Position numbers and translations under genes: made by a program | Origin: Phoronis australis | Taxonomy: Eukaryota; Animalia; Phoronida | Direction: 5' to 3' | Length of the DNA stretch: 64,000 nt | Assembly (NCBI GenBank): GCA_002633005.1 | Contig: NMRA01000333.1 | Location: forward strand, 343,797-407,796 | Part shown: in pieces, positions 25,643 through 40,400 of the stretch | Layout of the letters: every line of letters starts with the position of its first letter | Position numbering within the stretch: position 1 is the first letter of the stretch | Notes under the pieces: generated by a model | What the model was told of the DNA's origin: nothing | The model's database searches: none | What the model saw: only the letters and a program-made list of their open reading frames with translations

Positions 25643-28600
25643 TGTAGGGACCTGGATAAATGTCCAAAGCAGGCTAACCTCAAAACATAATATCTCAGAA
25701 AGTGTGTAATGGTATGAGACTTACAGACAGACCATGCTATGCACTAGTCTCTAACATGCTCTCAGTGATAACTATGAATCATTGGTTGTTAGTGCATGAC
25801 ACTGAGCTAAGTGATTATATCTGTGTTAGGTAAGAAGTTAATTACAGTAAAGTCGTGTGATTTTCGGACACTGAAAATTAATTCCAATAGAAAAAATTAA
25901 TTCTTGGACGAATCTAGCGAAACATCATTTCTGTGGTTTATTACTATTACATTCTTGGAAGCCATTCCCAAGAACTGCACTAGTCATTTCCTGTACCGTT
26001 AACTAATAAAAAACATCCTGGTCTTGTTTTGCATTGTGGTCACTTTCACAGAATTACTTGGTGACTATTACTGCATGTATTCTACAAACCCTCGTATTTA
26101 TAGAAATAAACGTTTTTTAGTTCGACACCCAACTGGGCAGCTTGTCCATATCTTCAATGACTTTTCATTGTAGCAGAGCAAGGTTGTGAAAATGCTTTCA
26201 CAAAGCTTCAAGAATCCTCCGAAGTTCGAGGATGGGAATTACCTGGAGTGGAAACAGGAGATAGAGCTATGGAAGCAGGTAACTGATTTACCAAGGAAGA
26301 AACAAGGGCTTGCAGTAAGTTTGACTCTTACAGGCAGAGCCAGGGAAACTGCACTACAGTTGAGTGCAGATGTTTTAGAGGCCGAGGATGGTCTAAAACC
26401 ATTGATTGAATGACTGGACACCGGTTACTCAGGAGAATAAAAGGACTATGCCTATGAGGCACACACTAAATTTGAATTGTGTCATCGTGAAATGGGACAG
26501 GACATTGGTGAGTTCATCCAAATTTTTGCCTATGCATACAAAAAGTGTCAGATGTATGACATGACTTTGCCAGATGCTGTCCTAGCATTCAAATTGCTGG
26601 ACAGTGCGAACTTGGAACGGACAGAAAAGCAGATGGCTCTGACTGCTTGTTCTATGCTTACCTTTATTGGCATGAAATCCGCACTGAAGAGAATCTTTAC
26701 TGGGGTTATAGTTAAAGACACCAACGAGGGATTTTCCATCACCGTGAAGGAAGAAGTCCCGCACGGAAAATTAAGGCGACAACCACCCAGACAGGAAGTG
26801 AAAGGGACGAATCCTTTTAACAAATTTGGCTAGAGAACTAAATGCAGAGTTTGCCAGTCTGTGTTCCATTGGGCTAAAGATTGTCCGAACAATAAACATT
26901 TCCACGGCGAGGAATTAGGAGAAAACGTAAACTGGTCACTGGCTCATGAAGTTTTGTTGACTGAAACCAGAAATGCAACTATTCTTGATACAGGCTGCAC
27001 CCGCACTGTATGTGGCGAAAAATGGCAATCTCTTTCTTGAATTGGTTTTGAGACAAATTTAACTTTTATTTTAAAATTTACAAAAATTTAAGATTTGTCT
27101 TAGTTAAGTCAGTTTTGTTGGAATGGGCCCCAGGTCATCGATCATTTAAATTTGGAGGCAAGGAAAACATATTTTCCACTAAAACAGTAGTCAGTAGTGC
27201 TGCCAGCAAAAATTGGAGGAACAAAGTAATCCATCACAACAGAGGTAATTCCAGTCGGCATACGACTCCTGCTAAGTAAAGACACAATGAAAATGGTGGA
27301 CACCCGGTTTAAAGCTGAAGTGGCAACAATGTGCAGTCAAGAAATCAAGTTAAAGAACACGTCATCTGGACACCTGTGTATTGACATCATTAGAGATGAG
27401 TCGCAAGTAACTTCAAATGGGAGATCTTCTTTGTTAATGAGAAAATGACTGTTGATGAGAAATCAAAAATGATCATGAAATTGCATTGTCAGTTTGGTCA
27501 TGCATTAAATGATAGATTGAAACAATTGATAAAGTATTCAGGCGTCAATGATGATTCTCTATTTAAATTAATGACAGAAACTATTAGTAAATGTGAAACC
27601 AGCAGTGGGACTGCAACTTGTGAGTGATTTCAATGAAACTGTCGCAATTGACCTGCACCAATTGGGACCAAATTTATCGATCTACACATCATTGACGAAT
27701 TTACACGATTTAGTGCTGGGTGTATAGTAAGAAGTAAGAAAGTGTCTGTGTTTGTAGATAATTTCATAAAACACTGGATTAGCATTTCCGGTTCACCTGT
27801 GTTTAGTGATAACTGGGGCAAGTTTAACAATGATGAAGTTAGAGACATGGCTGAGAATTTTAACATTGAGGTTAGAACCACCCCAGCATTTTCCCCTGTT
27901 CTAATGGTACATTGGAAAAATAATCTTACTTTGACGGACATGCTACTAAAGTTAAAATCAAGTCATAATTTGGAATGGGAGACTGCTTTAGCTTGGGCTA
28001 TTGGCTAAAAACGCATTGCAAAACGTATACGGTTTTAGTCCATATCAGTTGGTTATTGGAAGAAATCCTAACCTGCCTTCGGTTCTTATTGATACTCCTT
28101 CATCACTAGAAGGGGTAACTAGGAGTGAAAAAGTTGGCATGCATATATGCGTTATATGCAGCTAGAGCGGAATTCGCTAAGGCAGAGAGTTCTGAGAAAA
28201 TTAGAAGAGCCTTACGCAAACAAACTAGGTCAGTTAATGACCAATGCAGATATGGTGATAGAGTATATTACAAAAGACCTGATTCCCCTAAATGGAAGGG
28301 CCCTGGGGTGGTAATCGGTCGAGATGGCTCAACAGTGATTGTTAAACACGGCGGCACTATCGTGCGAGTCCATGAGGTTTGATTGCAAAAACCTAATCCG
28401 ACAGTAACTCATGAGAGTCTTGACGAAAACTACTGAGGTTACGAAGGAATCACATAATGAAAATGATGATTCACTAGAAGGAATCACATAATGAAAATGA
28501 TGATTCACTAGAAGGAATCACATATTGCAAATGATGATTCACTACTGATGGTGATGTTGAAATCACACAGAATGAATGTGGCCATAATACGTTGGAATAT

Positions 28601-29820
28601 GAATCTGTAATAGATTCTCAGAATGAACCTGGTGAAAATACTCAAAGTGGTACCTGAGATACCCCTTTCAAATACAAACAGTTCCATTCATGCCCTCAAA
28701 AGAACCAGGTCAAATTATTACTTACAGACACAATGATGCCAACTCTGTTGTCAAGGCAATAGTTATGGGCCGTGGTGGCTGGAAAAAATAACAGCTGGTA
28801 CAACTTACAGTGAGTTGACTAATCCAGCTGAGATGGATGGTGCTATACTGTCTGTGGACCTGAGAAATGTGAGTGACCATACAGTTCAAGTTACCATAGA
28901 CTCTGGGACTGAACATGTTTTGGTAACTGATGAAATTCAGATGAATGATGCTGAACAGTTGGAAACAAAATAATGTCTATACAGAAGTAAATAATGATGG
29001 ACAAAAGAGCTTATTCCACCAGATGGGTTTGTACACTGAAAACCACTGACAAAGGTGTGGCGCCTGCCCAAAGCCTGTTTAGTAGCTATAGGGGTTTTGA
29101 AGAATTGCAGAACGATATTCAAAAGGATTCTCCTACATGACTGCACATGAATCACTGTTTGATTCTTGCTGTTTTGGCTCTGTGCACATGGCAATTAAAC
29201 TCAGGACATCAAAACTGCATTTTTGCAAGGGAATTCAATAGACAGGAAAGTTTATATTCGACCCCCAAAAGAAGCAAATGCTCAAAACACCTTGTGGAAA
29301 CTTGACAAATGTGTTTATGGTTTGAGTGATGACTCACTAAATTGGTATTAGAGTTAAGTCAGTGATGTTAGACAATGGGGAAAGATGTCAAAGGTGGATC
29401 CTGCTGTATTCAATTGGTTGAACAGCAAAAACTAGGTTTTTGGAATATTGGCATGTCATGTTGATGATTTTTGTATGGGGAGGATCTGAAGAATTTGAGC
29501 ATGCAATTGAGATAATTCGATCAACATTTAAGGTAGGAAAAGAAGATAGTGTTGCATTCAAATAATGTGGTATAGAATTGAAATGTACAAATGACGGGCA
29601 TATTATGTTACATCAGCACATTAAACACACTGATGATTTGATACCTATAGCGGTACCGGGTATTAGGGCCACAGATAGATTCAGCACTGAATGATGATGA
29701 AAAGCACAGTTTGCGCTCAAAGATTGGTCACTTGTTGTGGTTAGCACATCAAAGTAGACCTGATCTGTTGTTTATTGTTGGTATGGTAGCCAATAATATT
29801 AATGTTTCTACACTCCAGGT
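25643..29820 (+). mobile_element. Decayed Ty1/copia LTR retrotransposon (GalEa-like), 3'-truncated
   Basis: Candidate 5' LTR 25643-26167 (TG...CA, AATAAA near 26105) and PBS TTGTAGCAGAGCAAGGTT (tRNA-iMet-like). Gag with a CX2CX4HX4C knuckle (CRVCQSVFHWAKDC near 26843), protease ILDTGC, integrase (LHCQFGH, ETVAIDL, IIDEFTRF), then RT (DIKTAFLQG, LDKCVYGL, CHVDDF). IN-before-RT order indicates copia; many stops and frameshifts. Confidence 0.88.
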
Positions 29821-29869
29821 TGCTCTTAATTACCTTGTATCAAAGCACACGTACTTCATTCTTTTCCAG

Positions 29870-31910
29870 AAACACATATGACACCAAAATAAACCTAACT
29901 GCTGACGAGCAACAGGAATTTGAGGATCGACAGCTGGCCGAGGCTGTTCAAGCCAGCCTCAATGACCCTTAGCCATCCCTGGAACTAGATGACATCCTTA
30001 AGGTTTGGGCAGCTTCAGCCACAATCCAGGATGTCAGAAAGACTGTTTTTGCAAGTGCTGCAAGTGCACTAAAAAGGCGTCTTTCAATTTTGGTCACAAG
30101 CCATATAGAGTTTAGTGGCAAGGATGGTAGTGACTAAGGAGGCCCTACTAGAGTTTTTCATGTAAACTTTTGACCATTTCTGCTTGGATATGTCATTTCT
30201 GAATGGGACTGAAGAAGGAATGAACTCCTTTCTTGTCCAAAAAAGATGTGGTATTCATACATTTCTACTTTTTTATCTGCTCACAAGCACAATGCCTATA
30301 AATATGCTTGTAATAACATATATCAGAAATCTTGTCCTTTTCACGTTGCGCATAATTGCCATCAGAACAAAATGGATCCTCTTTGGCAGGTAACTAAATT
30401 CACATTCCTGCTTGAGGTAACAAACGATGTGATGTTATATTTTTAGGCTTCTGCTGAAAGAGATTGCCTTTGGCAAAGGTCTTTTTGAGGGTAGTCAGGC
30501 ATCCCAGATTTTCACGGGATGACTTGATGCCCTAGAAAGCAGGCAGTTTGTAGGTTGCAGCATTGCCCATGGCAGTCCCGGTCTAAACTACCTCAGCAAT
30601 TGCCTGTTCAAGCTTATGGTTGGGAAGAGGGTTACTTGTATTGAGGAGCTGATGGCAGACGTACCAGATGCTGAAGAGGAAGCCCCAGAATGTGAAGTGA
30701 TAAATTAGTGTACAGAAAGCTTAATCAATAGCCCATCACCTTAGCTAAACATATGGTCCGTAACTAGACGTGCATATCCAAGGTTTAAAAGACTAAAACC
30801 TCTTCGGATGATTATGTGAATTAGTAATATTGTGTCAATAGTTACATTTTGTTTCATACAAAATCACTGTTCATAACTCTGCTGACTATACTCATGCTAT
30901 AATTAAGACATATATCTAGTTCTGACCTCAACTTGTAATGTGCATACTGAGCTTCGTATTGTAAATAGGCTTCATTGAATTTCAGATGCTTGACATTAAA
31001 GATGAGGGCACATTAAAACAAGTTGTGAACGAGCTGGGTGCCTGGGCCAGTGAACATGGATGCAACTTATCCTACAAGTTCGAGCTTGGCTGTACAACAG
31101 AAGCGGTTATGAAGCTGGCACAATACTTTGTGTTTTACAAGTACGTTTCCATCTTGTTCAAGGTGTTTACATACAGCAGCAGAACATCAGAAGCTTTGCT
31201 TCCCATGTGGCCTGAACAATTTTGTTGGGCAATTTTAATCAATTATTTTTGGTGTTAAGTTATAAACTCTTTATGGCTTCTTAGCTATTCGAATTCCTTA
31301 ACTGAGATGGTTTTCTAGCAAGGAGATTAAACTTGCCAAAAATTAAATTAAGTGAAGTTGCAGAACTCAAATTTGGCAAATAAATAACGAAAAGATTCTG
31401 AGCATACAAGAAAGTCAAAAAAGTTGCCCCTGCTGCTCAAATCAAACCAGCTTCTCACTTGCATTTCTGACAATAATTGGCGATTTAGTGAGAATCTAAC
31501 TGAAATCTCATGGGAATCAAGTGAGATTTTCACTTTCTTTTGTGGTTAAGACCAGGTGTGGCATCCTTTTAACAACTTGGATGTAGATGTCTAAAGAGAA
31601 ATATTTGACAATAAACAAATTGTGTCTGAAAAAATGTTTGACTTAACGAAGCAATTGCTATATTTCAGGAATAAGATGGCCTCTGACCAATTTGTTGATG
31701 AACTCAAGTCCATTTCAAACATGTGGTCAGAGGTCTTTGCGAAATGCAAGGACTCGTCGACATTATTGTGCCACAACGCTCAATTACCTTTAACGGCAAA
31801 GACCGTTAAGGAGTTATACAAGTGAATTGGTCCCATGTTGGAAGCAACAAGCGTTTGAAAGAAAAAGACACAATTTACTGCTGTGAGGTTTACCTTCAGG
31901 ATTGTGAGGG
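29870..31910 (+). pseudogene. Decayed HECT-type (G2E3-like) E3 ligase fragments with introns
   Basis: UIM-like EDRQLAEAVQASL, IEFSGKDGSD*GGPTR(E)F, GCSIAHGSPGLNYL, PLTAKTVKELYKV...GSNKRLKEKDTIYC; in-frame stops and frameshifts. Confidence 0.6.
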
Positions 31911-32549
31911 TAGGTATTCAATGAAACCTTTTCATGCACTCACATTTGTATGCGGATGCATATTGTCCACATCTGTGTGTGGGCATCCAGCCTAGAGACC
32001 TGCTGTTGTATCTCCTAAACCCCTTGTAGGATCTTATTGAAATTTGACAGTTGTGTTCCTATGGGCTGGCACAATGATGATTGTTAACCAAGACCCTTTT
32101 GTACCGCTGAAGCCCCCTGGTGGAGATTACCAGCATTCAGGAACTGAGTTCACAGAATATTACTTACTCTGTCAAGCAATGAACTTTCGCGCCAATTCAT
32201 CAAAATATAAAGAAAATCATGGAAAAATAGCCTGCTTAAACATGCTGGAATGATGTTTTATTTATGTCTTTATCGGGACATTTATTATGATGTACTAGTT
32301 AGTTTCACTATTCTAATATTAATATTTGCCATTTCGTGATTTTTGTGACTGGTTGATTGAATCTGCACAATGTCCCTTTCGTCTGTGTAGTTGGCAGATC
32401 GAGACCAATATGCTGAGACAATCCAGTTGATTGCCAACGTTAATCCATACTAGGTTGAACTACACGACATTCATCAATGGAAGTTGCGAGGGAACTCCCG
32501 GAATGCTCTGATAACATAAAGAAGTTCAAAAAAGTCGGGTGAAAAATGC

Positions 32550-32620
32550 ATTACCTCTGCACAGATTTTTCTAAAGCCTTTGACTATGTTTTTAGAAGTA
32601 TACTGTGGGAAAATTAAATG
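32550..32620 (+). mobile_element. Short LINE RT fragment (DFSKAFDYVFRSILWEKL)
   Basis: Canonical DFxKAFD motif of non-LTR RT. Confidence 0.55.
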
Positions 32621-34261
32621 ATAATTATGTTAGCACTGTGATGTTAAAAGTCCCTTTTCTTGCAAATAGAGGGAAGACAACTTCAGCTCTATGAGATCTT
32701 CTGCACTTCGCCCGACTGGCAATGAGAAGCGTGCAACACATTGCTCCCGTCACTGTGCAAAATGAACTCCAAGACATGATCACCTGCAAAGGTCTGGGGT
32801 GGCTCATGCCCTCGGGCCCTTCATTTCTCTGTGAGAGGCTAATCAACTTGGGTCTTTGTTTGCACTGGTTCGTGGAGAGTCCCCAAGCTGAACCGCTCCG
32901 TGTGGGCACTACCGTTTGAATTTATGTGGAATTTATGATTGTCATTTGCAAGTTTTAAGCACTTTAACTCGCACTGGATCACTGACGGAACAATTATGAA
33001 TAATTAATTAGCAACCATAAAAAATTATTTTGATCCGATACCTGTGTTTCTAAGCTACAAGAAATGTAAAAGCCGGGGAAAAATTCTTTAAGCAATAGGT
33101 AATTAATTTGGACCCTGTATATTACAAATAAAATACATAGCATGCACTTTCACTAATTTTTCATTTTAGATATGTTGACTGACAAGAGCTGTTGCAATCT
33201 TGCTTGTAAACTGGAATCAAAACAATAGCTGAAACAATGTTCCCCTCATACATTTTGTCACATAAATGAATAAGTCCTGAAATGATATCCACAAGGCGTA
33301 CATTTCACTGAAACTTGACAAAGCACTGTTATCACCTTACCAATAAATGATATGTGGATTTTAAATTTAATCAAAAACTTGACATCACCAAAGTATAGTA
33401 CAAGCCAACAGACAAATGACCTGGAATTCTCCGTCATGACAGCTGGGCGAAAGTCGAATTCATCATTAGAATATTGTTCCTTTGTGACCAAGAATTAACA
33501 GGAAGTTAATACAGTGTCTAAGCCATTTTGCCAATAGAATTTTACTACCCTATCGTTATTACCAGTCATTTTACTACCCTATAGTTACTACCAGTCATTT
33601 TATCTGTAAACAAAATTTGTTGTCATGACGGAAATGATATTTTTTCAGCTTACTTTTGTCTTGTACTGAAGGTGCAACCAACTGTCTTGTACTGAAGGTG
33701 CAACCAACTTTTTTCCATGCTAAGTATGTGACAGGGCTCAACACTTAGCATGTCAGCTTGCAACACTTAGCATGTCATCTCAAGAGTGACCTGGAAAAGT
33801 TCCAAGGACGTCAAAACACATAAACCTCATGTATGGAGGTGCAAAAGTCCTGACAACCAGACTTGATTTTTACCAGGTCACAAACAAAATCTGAGGTCAC
33901 ATTAGCAAGCTACAGGTCACATAATTATGCCCTGTAACAGCTATTAGAGGAATCAAGACCAGTAGCAAAAACTAGTCTCTTTCATGTCAACAATTTTTAA
34001 GAGAATAAAGCAATTGTCAGTTTTTAAAAACTAACATTGGGCATTTTCTAATTGCACGAAACTTACTAATCTGCACAGCATTATGGGGGAACAATATGAA
34101 TGAACAAATGTTAGCAAATGATGACCAATAAATAAATGTTAGCAGCTATACAATAAATACAAGAAGCCAATCAATGGACTTGTATGTGACTTACACCTCC
34201 ACATTTACCAAACCTCAACTTCAAAACAGAAAACAACAACAAAAATACTGTAGTAACAAAC

Positions 34262-34483
34262 CTAGAGGATGAACGTTATGAACCAAGCAAGTACAACAAT
34301 TGTGGCTGATCCCACTACCAGCACCTTCTTGTATCTCTCCAGCCATGACACTTCCTCTACGTATTCTTGACGTTTACGTGGTTTCCGCTTCCTACCCTGC
34401 ATTTTCCGCTCAAACTGCGCCAGCTCCACCTGCTGGCGCTGTTTCTCCTGCTCTAAACGCTCTTCTTCAGCAGCTTTCTCTTG
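34262..34483 (-). CDS. NFXL1: NFXL1 terminal coding exon (coiled coil and TM helix, stop)
   Basis: [34 protein letters not shown]...AWFITFIL*; TAG at 34264-34262. Confidence 0.92.
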   Translation of the reverse strand, partial: QEKAAEEERLEQEKQRQQVELAQFERKMQGRKRKPRKRQEYVEEVSWLERYKKVLVVGSATIVVLAWFITFIL

Positions 34484-37400
34484 CTGTAACAGATTTGACA
34501 TGTAAAAGAGATGAGACCATAAAGGTATGCTAAACTGCTTAATAGCAGGCCACGTTTTTTTCGCTTTAATCATGGGATGTTAAATTTTGTAAGCAAAAGT
34601 TAGAGAACGACAAGTTCATGATTCACAGGTAAACACGAAAGGTGTCCAACTATGAACTGGAAAATCATTCAAGAAACGAGATTAAAACAAAAAAATTTCA
34701 AAACAAATTCTGTGATGTAGCTACTGTTTAAGCAGTCAGTAGTAGTCTTTGTATCAACTTCATAATTAAGCTGAGTCACCACTTCATTTACTGTCAAATT
34801 ATGTCAAGGGTATTTGACAATTTCTAAACAATATGCACGCAGTCAACTTCGTGCAAGCTGAAAATACAGTCAGGGCTGTATTGGCTTCCTTATTTTGAAA
34901 ATCACACGGGTTGATTAACATGATAGGTGTCATTACGTGCGCATTACAAAGGCTGCATAAAATAGTACATTGATATCACCAAACATTGTTTGTTTATTAT
35001 TTTATACTTATTCTGTACATTACGGTTTGTTTTAAGTATTGTATGAAGCAAGATTTCTATCAGTGTTGCGTATTTACTATGGACTAACAACAGCACAGTG
35101 TACCTGGAGAGTGAGCGTATAAAGGTGTTGCCTTCAGTGAGCGGACAACAAACATGAAAAAATCAAAACTAAAAAATGGTAGTGATGAGCGAACCAATGT
35201 TTGACCTTGTTGGGATGCTCAGTCTAGCATTCATTGCTAAGTTAGTCAACCTCATGAGCCATGACAGATCAAAGTCATCTAGTCTCTACGTAGTAGTCTA
35301 AACATGCTCACTGATGCCCACCTCTTTGCGTTGTTCCAGCAGCTCCCTACAGGTGTCATCACACTCTACTTGACGTCTGCCCTTCTGTACATCACAGCAA
35401 ATAACTTCCTGTTTCCTACGTTTACAGGCACACTTCTGAGTGGTCTTTTTCTTGCAGTGACTTCCATCAGGACAGTTGCCAGTATGACATGACATAGGAC
35501 ACTGATGACCACAGGACAGCTGTTGTATGCAAGCAACGTGAAACATTGAAAACAACGTCCAATGAAGATGATTATTCAAAAAGTCAGTGTTTGAAAAATG
35601 ACATATTAAACAGTGTAGTCAGTCTATAACCTTTTGAGCTTCACAATGAGAAACAATAGTTTGCCAGGTGGTGGTAATAAATAAAGCTTCTAATTCTTGT
35701 TAACATTTGAACAGCAGTTCATCACCATGGTGAGCATGTGGTTATTAACACACACAGACACTGTCACACTTGCAACACCTGGTAAATTTAAAGTCAGCCA
35801 TTTCCATGAGATCAAATTGACTATAGTGAGAAAATGGGTTTAAAAAGAATTACGCTACACAAGAAAGCAAAAGTAATACTAACAACAATTGTGAAAAGAA
35901 TTGCATTCATAAGAAACGAAGATTATTAGGTGAGAACGCCTTGGTTTCATGAAGTAAGAAGACTGGCTACCCAGAAAATTTAGAAACAAATCTTGAACGA
36001 ATAGAAATTTAGCTTCCAGCTAGTTTGCTGTGGAGAGTCTAGCTTTAGAAACACACAAGGGTACTCCATAACCATCCCCAGTACAATGTTAGGACTGCTA
36101 ACTACACCTATTAAGCTGTGCAGGTTTTCCAAACAAGTCACATAATGTGATTACACACCATTTTAGGACACTTCCCAGGACAGGACTGCATTCTGTGTCG
36201 TCCTCCCTCATCAGCCATTGTCCACTTGTGACACTCTATGTGTTGAACAGTCATCTGACAGTGACAGCGCATGCGTATCATCTGTCTACATGGAGGGCAG
36301 TCTCCTGGGTGGCAGGGCAGGCTGCACACATGACTACACCCATCTGGCCGGGCTTTCTCACACCCAGCTTCACAGTTGACACAATTGGTTCCTGCCTAAG
36401 GAAATAAATCATTGACCGCTTATAAGACATTGAATGGTTGCAATTATGTTTGATGGCTCAAAACCCACTTGTGACATGTCACATTTAACTCATGCTACCT
36501 ACAAAAAGGACATAGCAAAAGTAAACCAACATGTACTATGTAGGACATACTGTCAGCAAATTGAATCCTAAACCATAACCCTTACCCTAAGTGAAGGTAA
36601 CTCTAGACCAAAGACGGTGGGGAAAGTTTGTCCTAACCCTAACATCAAAGGGGGGGGGGCACTTGTAGAAAGTGTTCCATAACTTGGATCCGCAACACCA
36701 AAGGCCCAAAGTACTTTTTGAAAACCAAAAGAAGCAAGTAACTATCATAATTCTGGCACTGCATGAGGTCTTTCAAGACATTCAATGTCAAAATTTGAGA
36801 GCAAGGAAGGCGTATCCCCATTGATGCCTAAAACTTGAAGTTAATACATGTACTTTACTGGAAACTAGATGACGTATAGTTTTCAGAGACACGGGCCAAT
36901 TTAATTTGCTCATATTGTCCGACTTCTGACTTATTACAGTTTATTGTTTTTAATAAAATGCATTATTGCTTTGTACTAAGTTTTTGTTTTATTTTGTTGC
37001 TAATTTTTTAAGTTGTACATTATGAGACAGATATTGGTTCTTCCTCCAACTCACCATGCTGTCATCAGTAGCGCCCTCTACCACATGACACTCTAGTTGA
37101 CATGTGTGATTACCACAAATCAGCCTACGTCCACACTGTCTGTTACAGGAGAATGGTCTGGCATTGAAACACGGAATATTGGACACCTGGAGTAAGATTG
37201 GAAAACACAAATGAAGCACCACACTTACACTAACATTGAAAATAGCCTGCCACATTTTCATACAACTTCCCATTTTCTTCATACTGCACAAGTGTTTTCA
37301 ATGAGCACTAAATTGGGAAACCACCTCAATGGCAGACTGAGGTTGTTGATAGTCAGTAGCTTTCAAAAATTTCAGATAAAAAATTTTCTTACTTCCATCC

Positions 37401-40400
37401 ATTTCATTCAGCAGCTGATTTTGTAGCTGCAATATCCCTCACAAGTTTCACAATAACACTAATAGCAAACACTAGACAATCTTCACATCCACAAGTGTCA
37501 TTTCCACATCTACTTATTGTTATAACACTCTCTTGTAGTGAGAAGCCCTCGTGCATATAACCAGAGAAAGTACAACTGTCACCATAACAACAGGTTGATG
37601 CATACTGGTGACAAAATGTCCAGCTATGCCCCCTGAGGAAGCACTATCAGCTCAATCAATAAGAAAGAGTTTGTGAACAGAAAGCTTTAAAGCACAGTCA
37701 ATATTCGACTCGGGTCACAATGGGTCACTAATGTTGCTAATGGATAAGGATCACTGTTTCTAAGCTCTGACTAGAATGAGTGCATGAAGTCATTTAATAG
37801 CGTAAGTTTGTGACACGAGTATAATGTGACAACCTGAAGTTACATTTCGTCTGGAGTTAGGACTGGCTTCAATAGCATTACATAGGGAATGCATGACTGC
37901 ATCATAATGCGCCCCCTATAGTTCACCTCATGATTGCATCACACTGCGCCCCCTATAGTTCACCTCATGACTGCATCATACTACATCCCCTATAGTTCAC
38001 CCCATGACTGCATCATACTGCGCCCCCTATAGTTCACCTCATGTTTCCCAAGGCAGGCCACAGCCAAAGGCACTGTGCAACGTGGGCAATCATAGTTTTT
38101 CAACTCTGTCTTAGGCTCTTCATGACGGTCCCATGGAGAGTTTTTAACAGTCTGCAATAATCAGAGATCTTGATGTGAGATAATCATTTTAAGGTTCTAA
38201 CTTTAATTTTTAAGAACAAATCGTGGACAATTTTGAAATCTGAAAGGTGTGTTTTTTGCTTAGTGTAGACTCACTTTTCAAAGTCCGCTGCAAACATAAC
38301 AAATATAAATCTCGTCACAAAAGATTCATTTCATTTTGCGTGTCATGCTATTTGTTTGCCAGGATAACACATTAACAGCTAAAAAATTTCAGTTGCCAAA
38401 AACCTTAATAACTTATAACTGAAAAGGGAAATGTGGTTATTACATTGTACACATAAATTTCTAGTTATATTGTTCTGCTCACATTGCTAAGTAACATTTT
38501 TACAGAATGTTTTTAAAAAATTAAGGTAAATCAATTAAAAGCAGTGTCAACAATCTCTTGATAGTTTAAGTAAATAGTGACAGTAGAAAGACACATAACT
38601 AATCAATACTTTGTGTTGAACTTTGAGCCACTTCAACAAAGGCAATAGTCAAATGTGAGGGACCCTTCAGAGACAAAATGGTTTGAAACTGAGAATTAAG
38701 AATAAAGAAACAAGCGACCAGACCACAAGTTGCTATATTACGTTTTGTGTTGTTTTCACTCTGACCGCTGTGTGACACTCAGATGGACAAACATGGCCAC
38801 AGTTCAGTGTACGGTCACACCGAAGACGACACGGTGGGCAATGACCAAAATGACATCGGTGGCGTACACGTTCTTTGTGGTGACAATCTGGTGGGTTACT
38901 AGAAAAGAATTATTAAACATTAATGTTATGAACTCATCACAATAAGCACACGGTTCCCCTGGATAACAAATCTGAAACAAGTTGCAAACTGCGCGTTATC
39001 TTCTTGAACAGTCATATTCCTCTCTGTTAATTCGTGGAAACAACTGTAGTAATTAGACATTATTTAAATTGATCAGAATGTCACTGAAATTTTTACTGCT
39101 AAATAACGAAAAATGTTGGGATGCAACTTAACTCATTCATTCTAAAACCAGTAAAAGAATTGGGTTGTTCAAACACTGATTTCAAACATGGCTGTGAGCT
39201 TATCAAACAAGACACAGATTTCCAAACAAGGTGTAGAACATTTCAATTGTCATGTAACACAATGTTTGACATATGGATTAAATGTAAAAACCAACATTGT
39301 GCTCTGTCAAAGATAAACGATAGGAAAAGCTAGTGACTATCAATTTTCTCATTTTGTTTGAAATAAAACTTTGAGAACTAAAACGTTGGACTGGTAGACC
39401 ACACAAATGTTCAGCCAGCAAAATATTTACCATATCCAAACACATACAGGGGAGGTAATTAACAAAAGATCTTATGTTAGTGATGTCTTTCAATAAACCG
39501 CTGAGTTCTAGATTGGTGAAAAAGTCTAGTGTTTTTAAAATTTCTTTAAAACGTACTTGCACAGTTCGTAGCATTTAGGTGGTTTGGTGTGTCGTTCGCG
39601 TCCACATGGCACAGTCAAGATAGTGGTGCCACAGTTACATGGAATGTCCACAGTCAGCGGGCACGGGTAACACTGGCCTAAGTGGAGGTACAAGGAGCAA
39701 ATTAGTTTGGTTACATTTAACCAAATGATGACATGTCATCTTATAAAGCCTGCTATCAAGTAATAACCAAATGTCAGTTCTTTCAAATGTCAGAAATTAC
39801 ATCTGATGAGGTATTTGTTCTTTTTACTCATCACTTGACAAACCACGACATTTAAAACCATATTTATCCCATGGGTGCACCTAGGGGGGGGCTCGTACAA
39901 GCCCCCCCCATTTGGCGAAGTGGGCAAAAAGGTCCGCCTTAGTGAAACATAAAGTCCGGGTAAATGAGACAAAAGTCCACAAAAGCCAGGGGAAGTTGGC
40001 ATGGATGCGTGGCTCTAAACCTAATGGCTCCCCTTTTTTGTTTGTCCTCGTTGACTTCTTATAGTAAAAGGTCCGCATATTGAAAAATTCGAGCCCCCCC
40101 CCTATATTTTAGGCTGGGTGCGCGCGTGTACTCCTTGCTTAAGTGCCTTTGCAGCTTTTCAAAAAAAAAATACAAGAGCTCAGCAGTTTTTAGTCCGTGA
40201 CAGTGCAGTTCTCAAAATGAGGCAGGGAAAAGATCAGACCTAACTTTGCTTTATTGGCCTTATCTTGGAAAGACATTTTCTGCCTTCATTGCTCTCTTGT
40301 ACTAATATCCATGAAAATATAGCGAGTGGCCAAGCAAACGGCAACATCTTGGTTCTGCACGTTTGCTAAAAGAAAGTCATGCAGAGCCAAGAAGCGTGCC

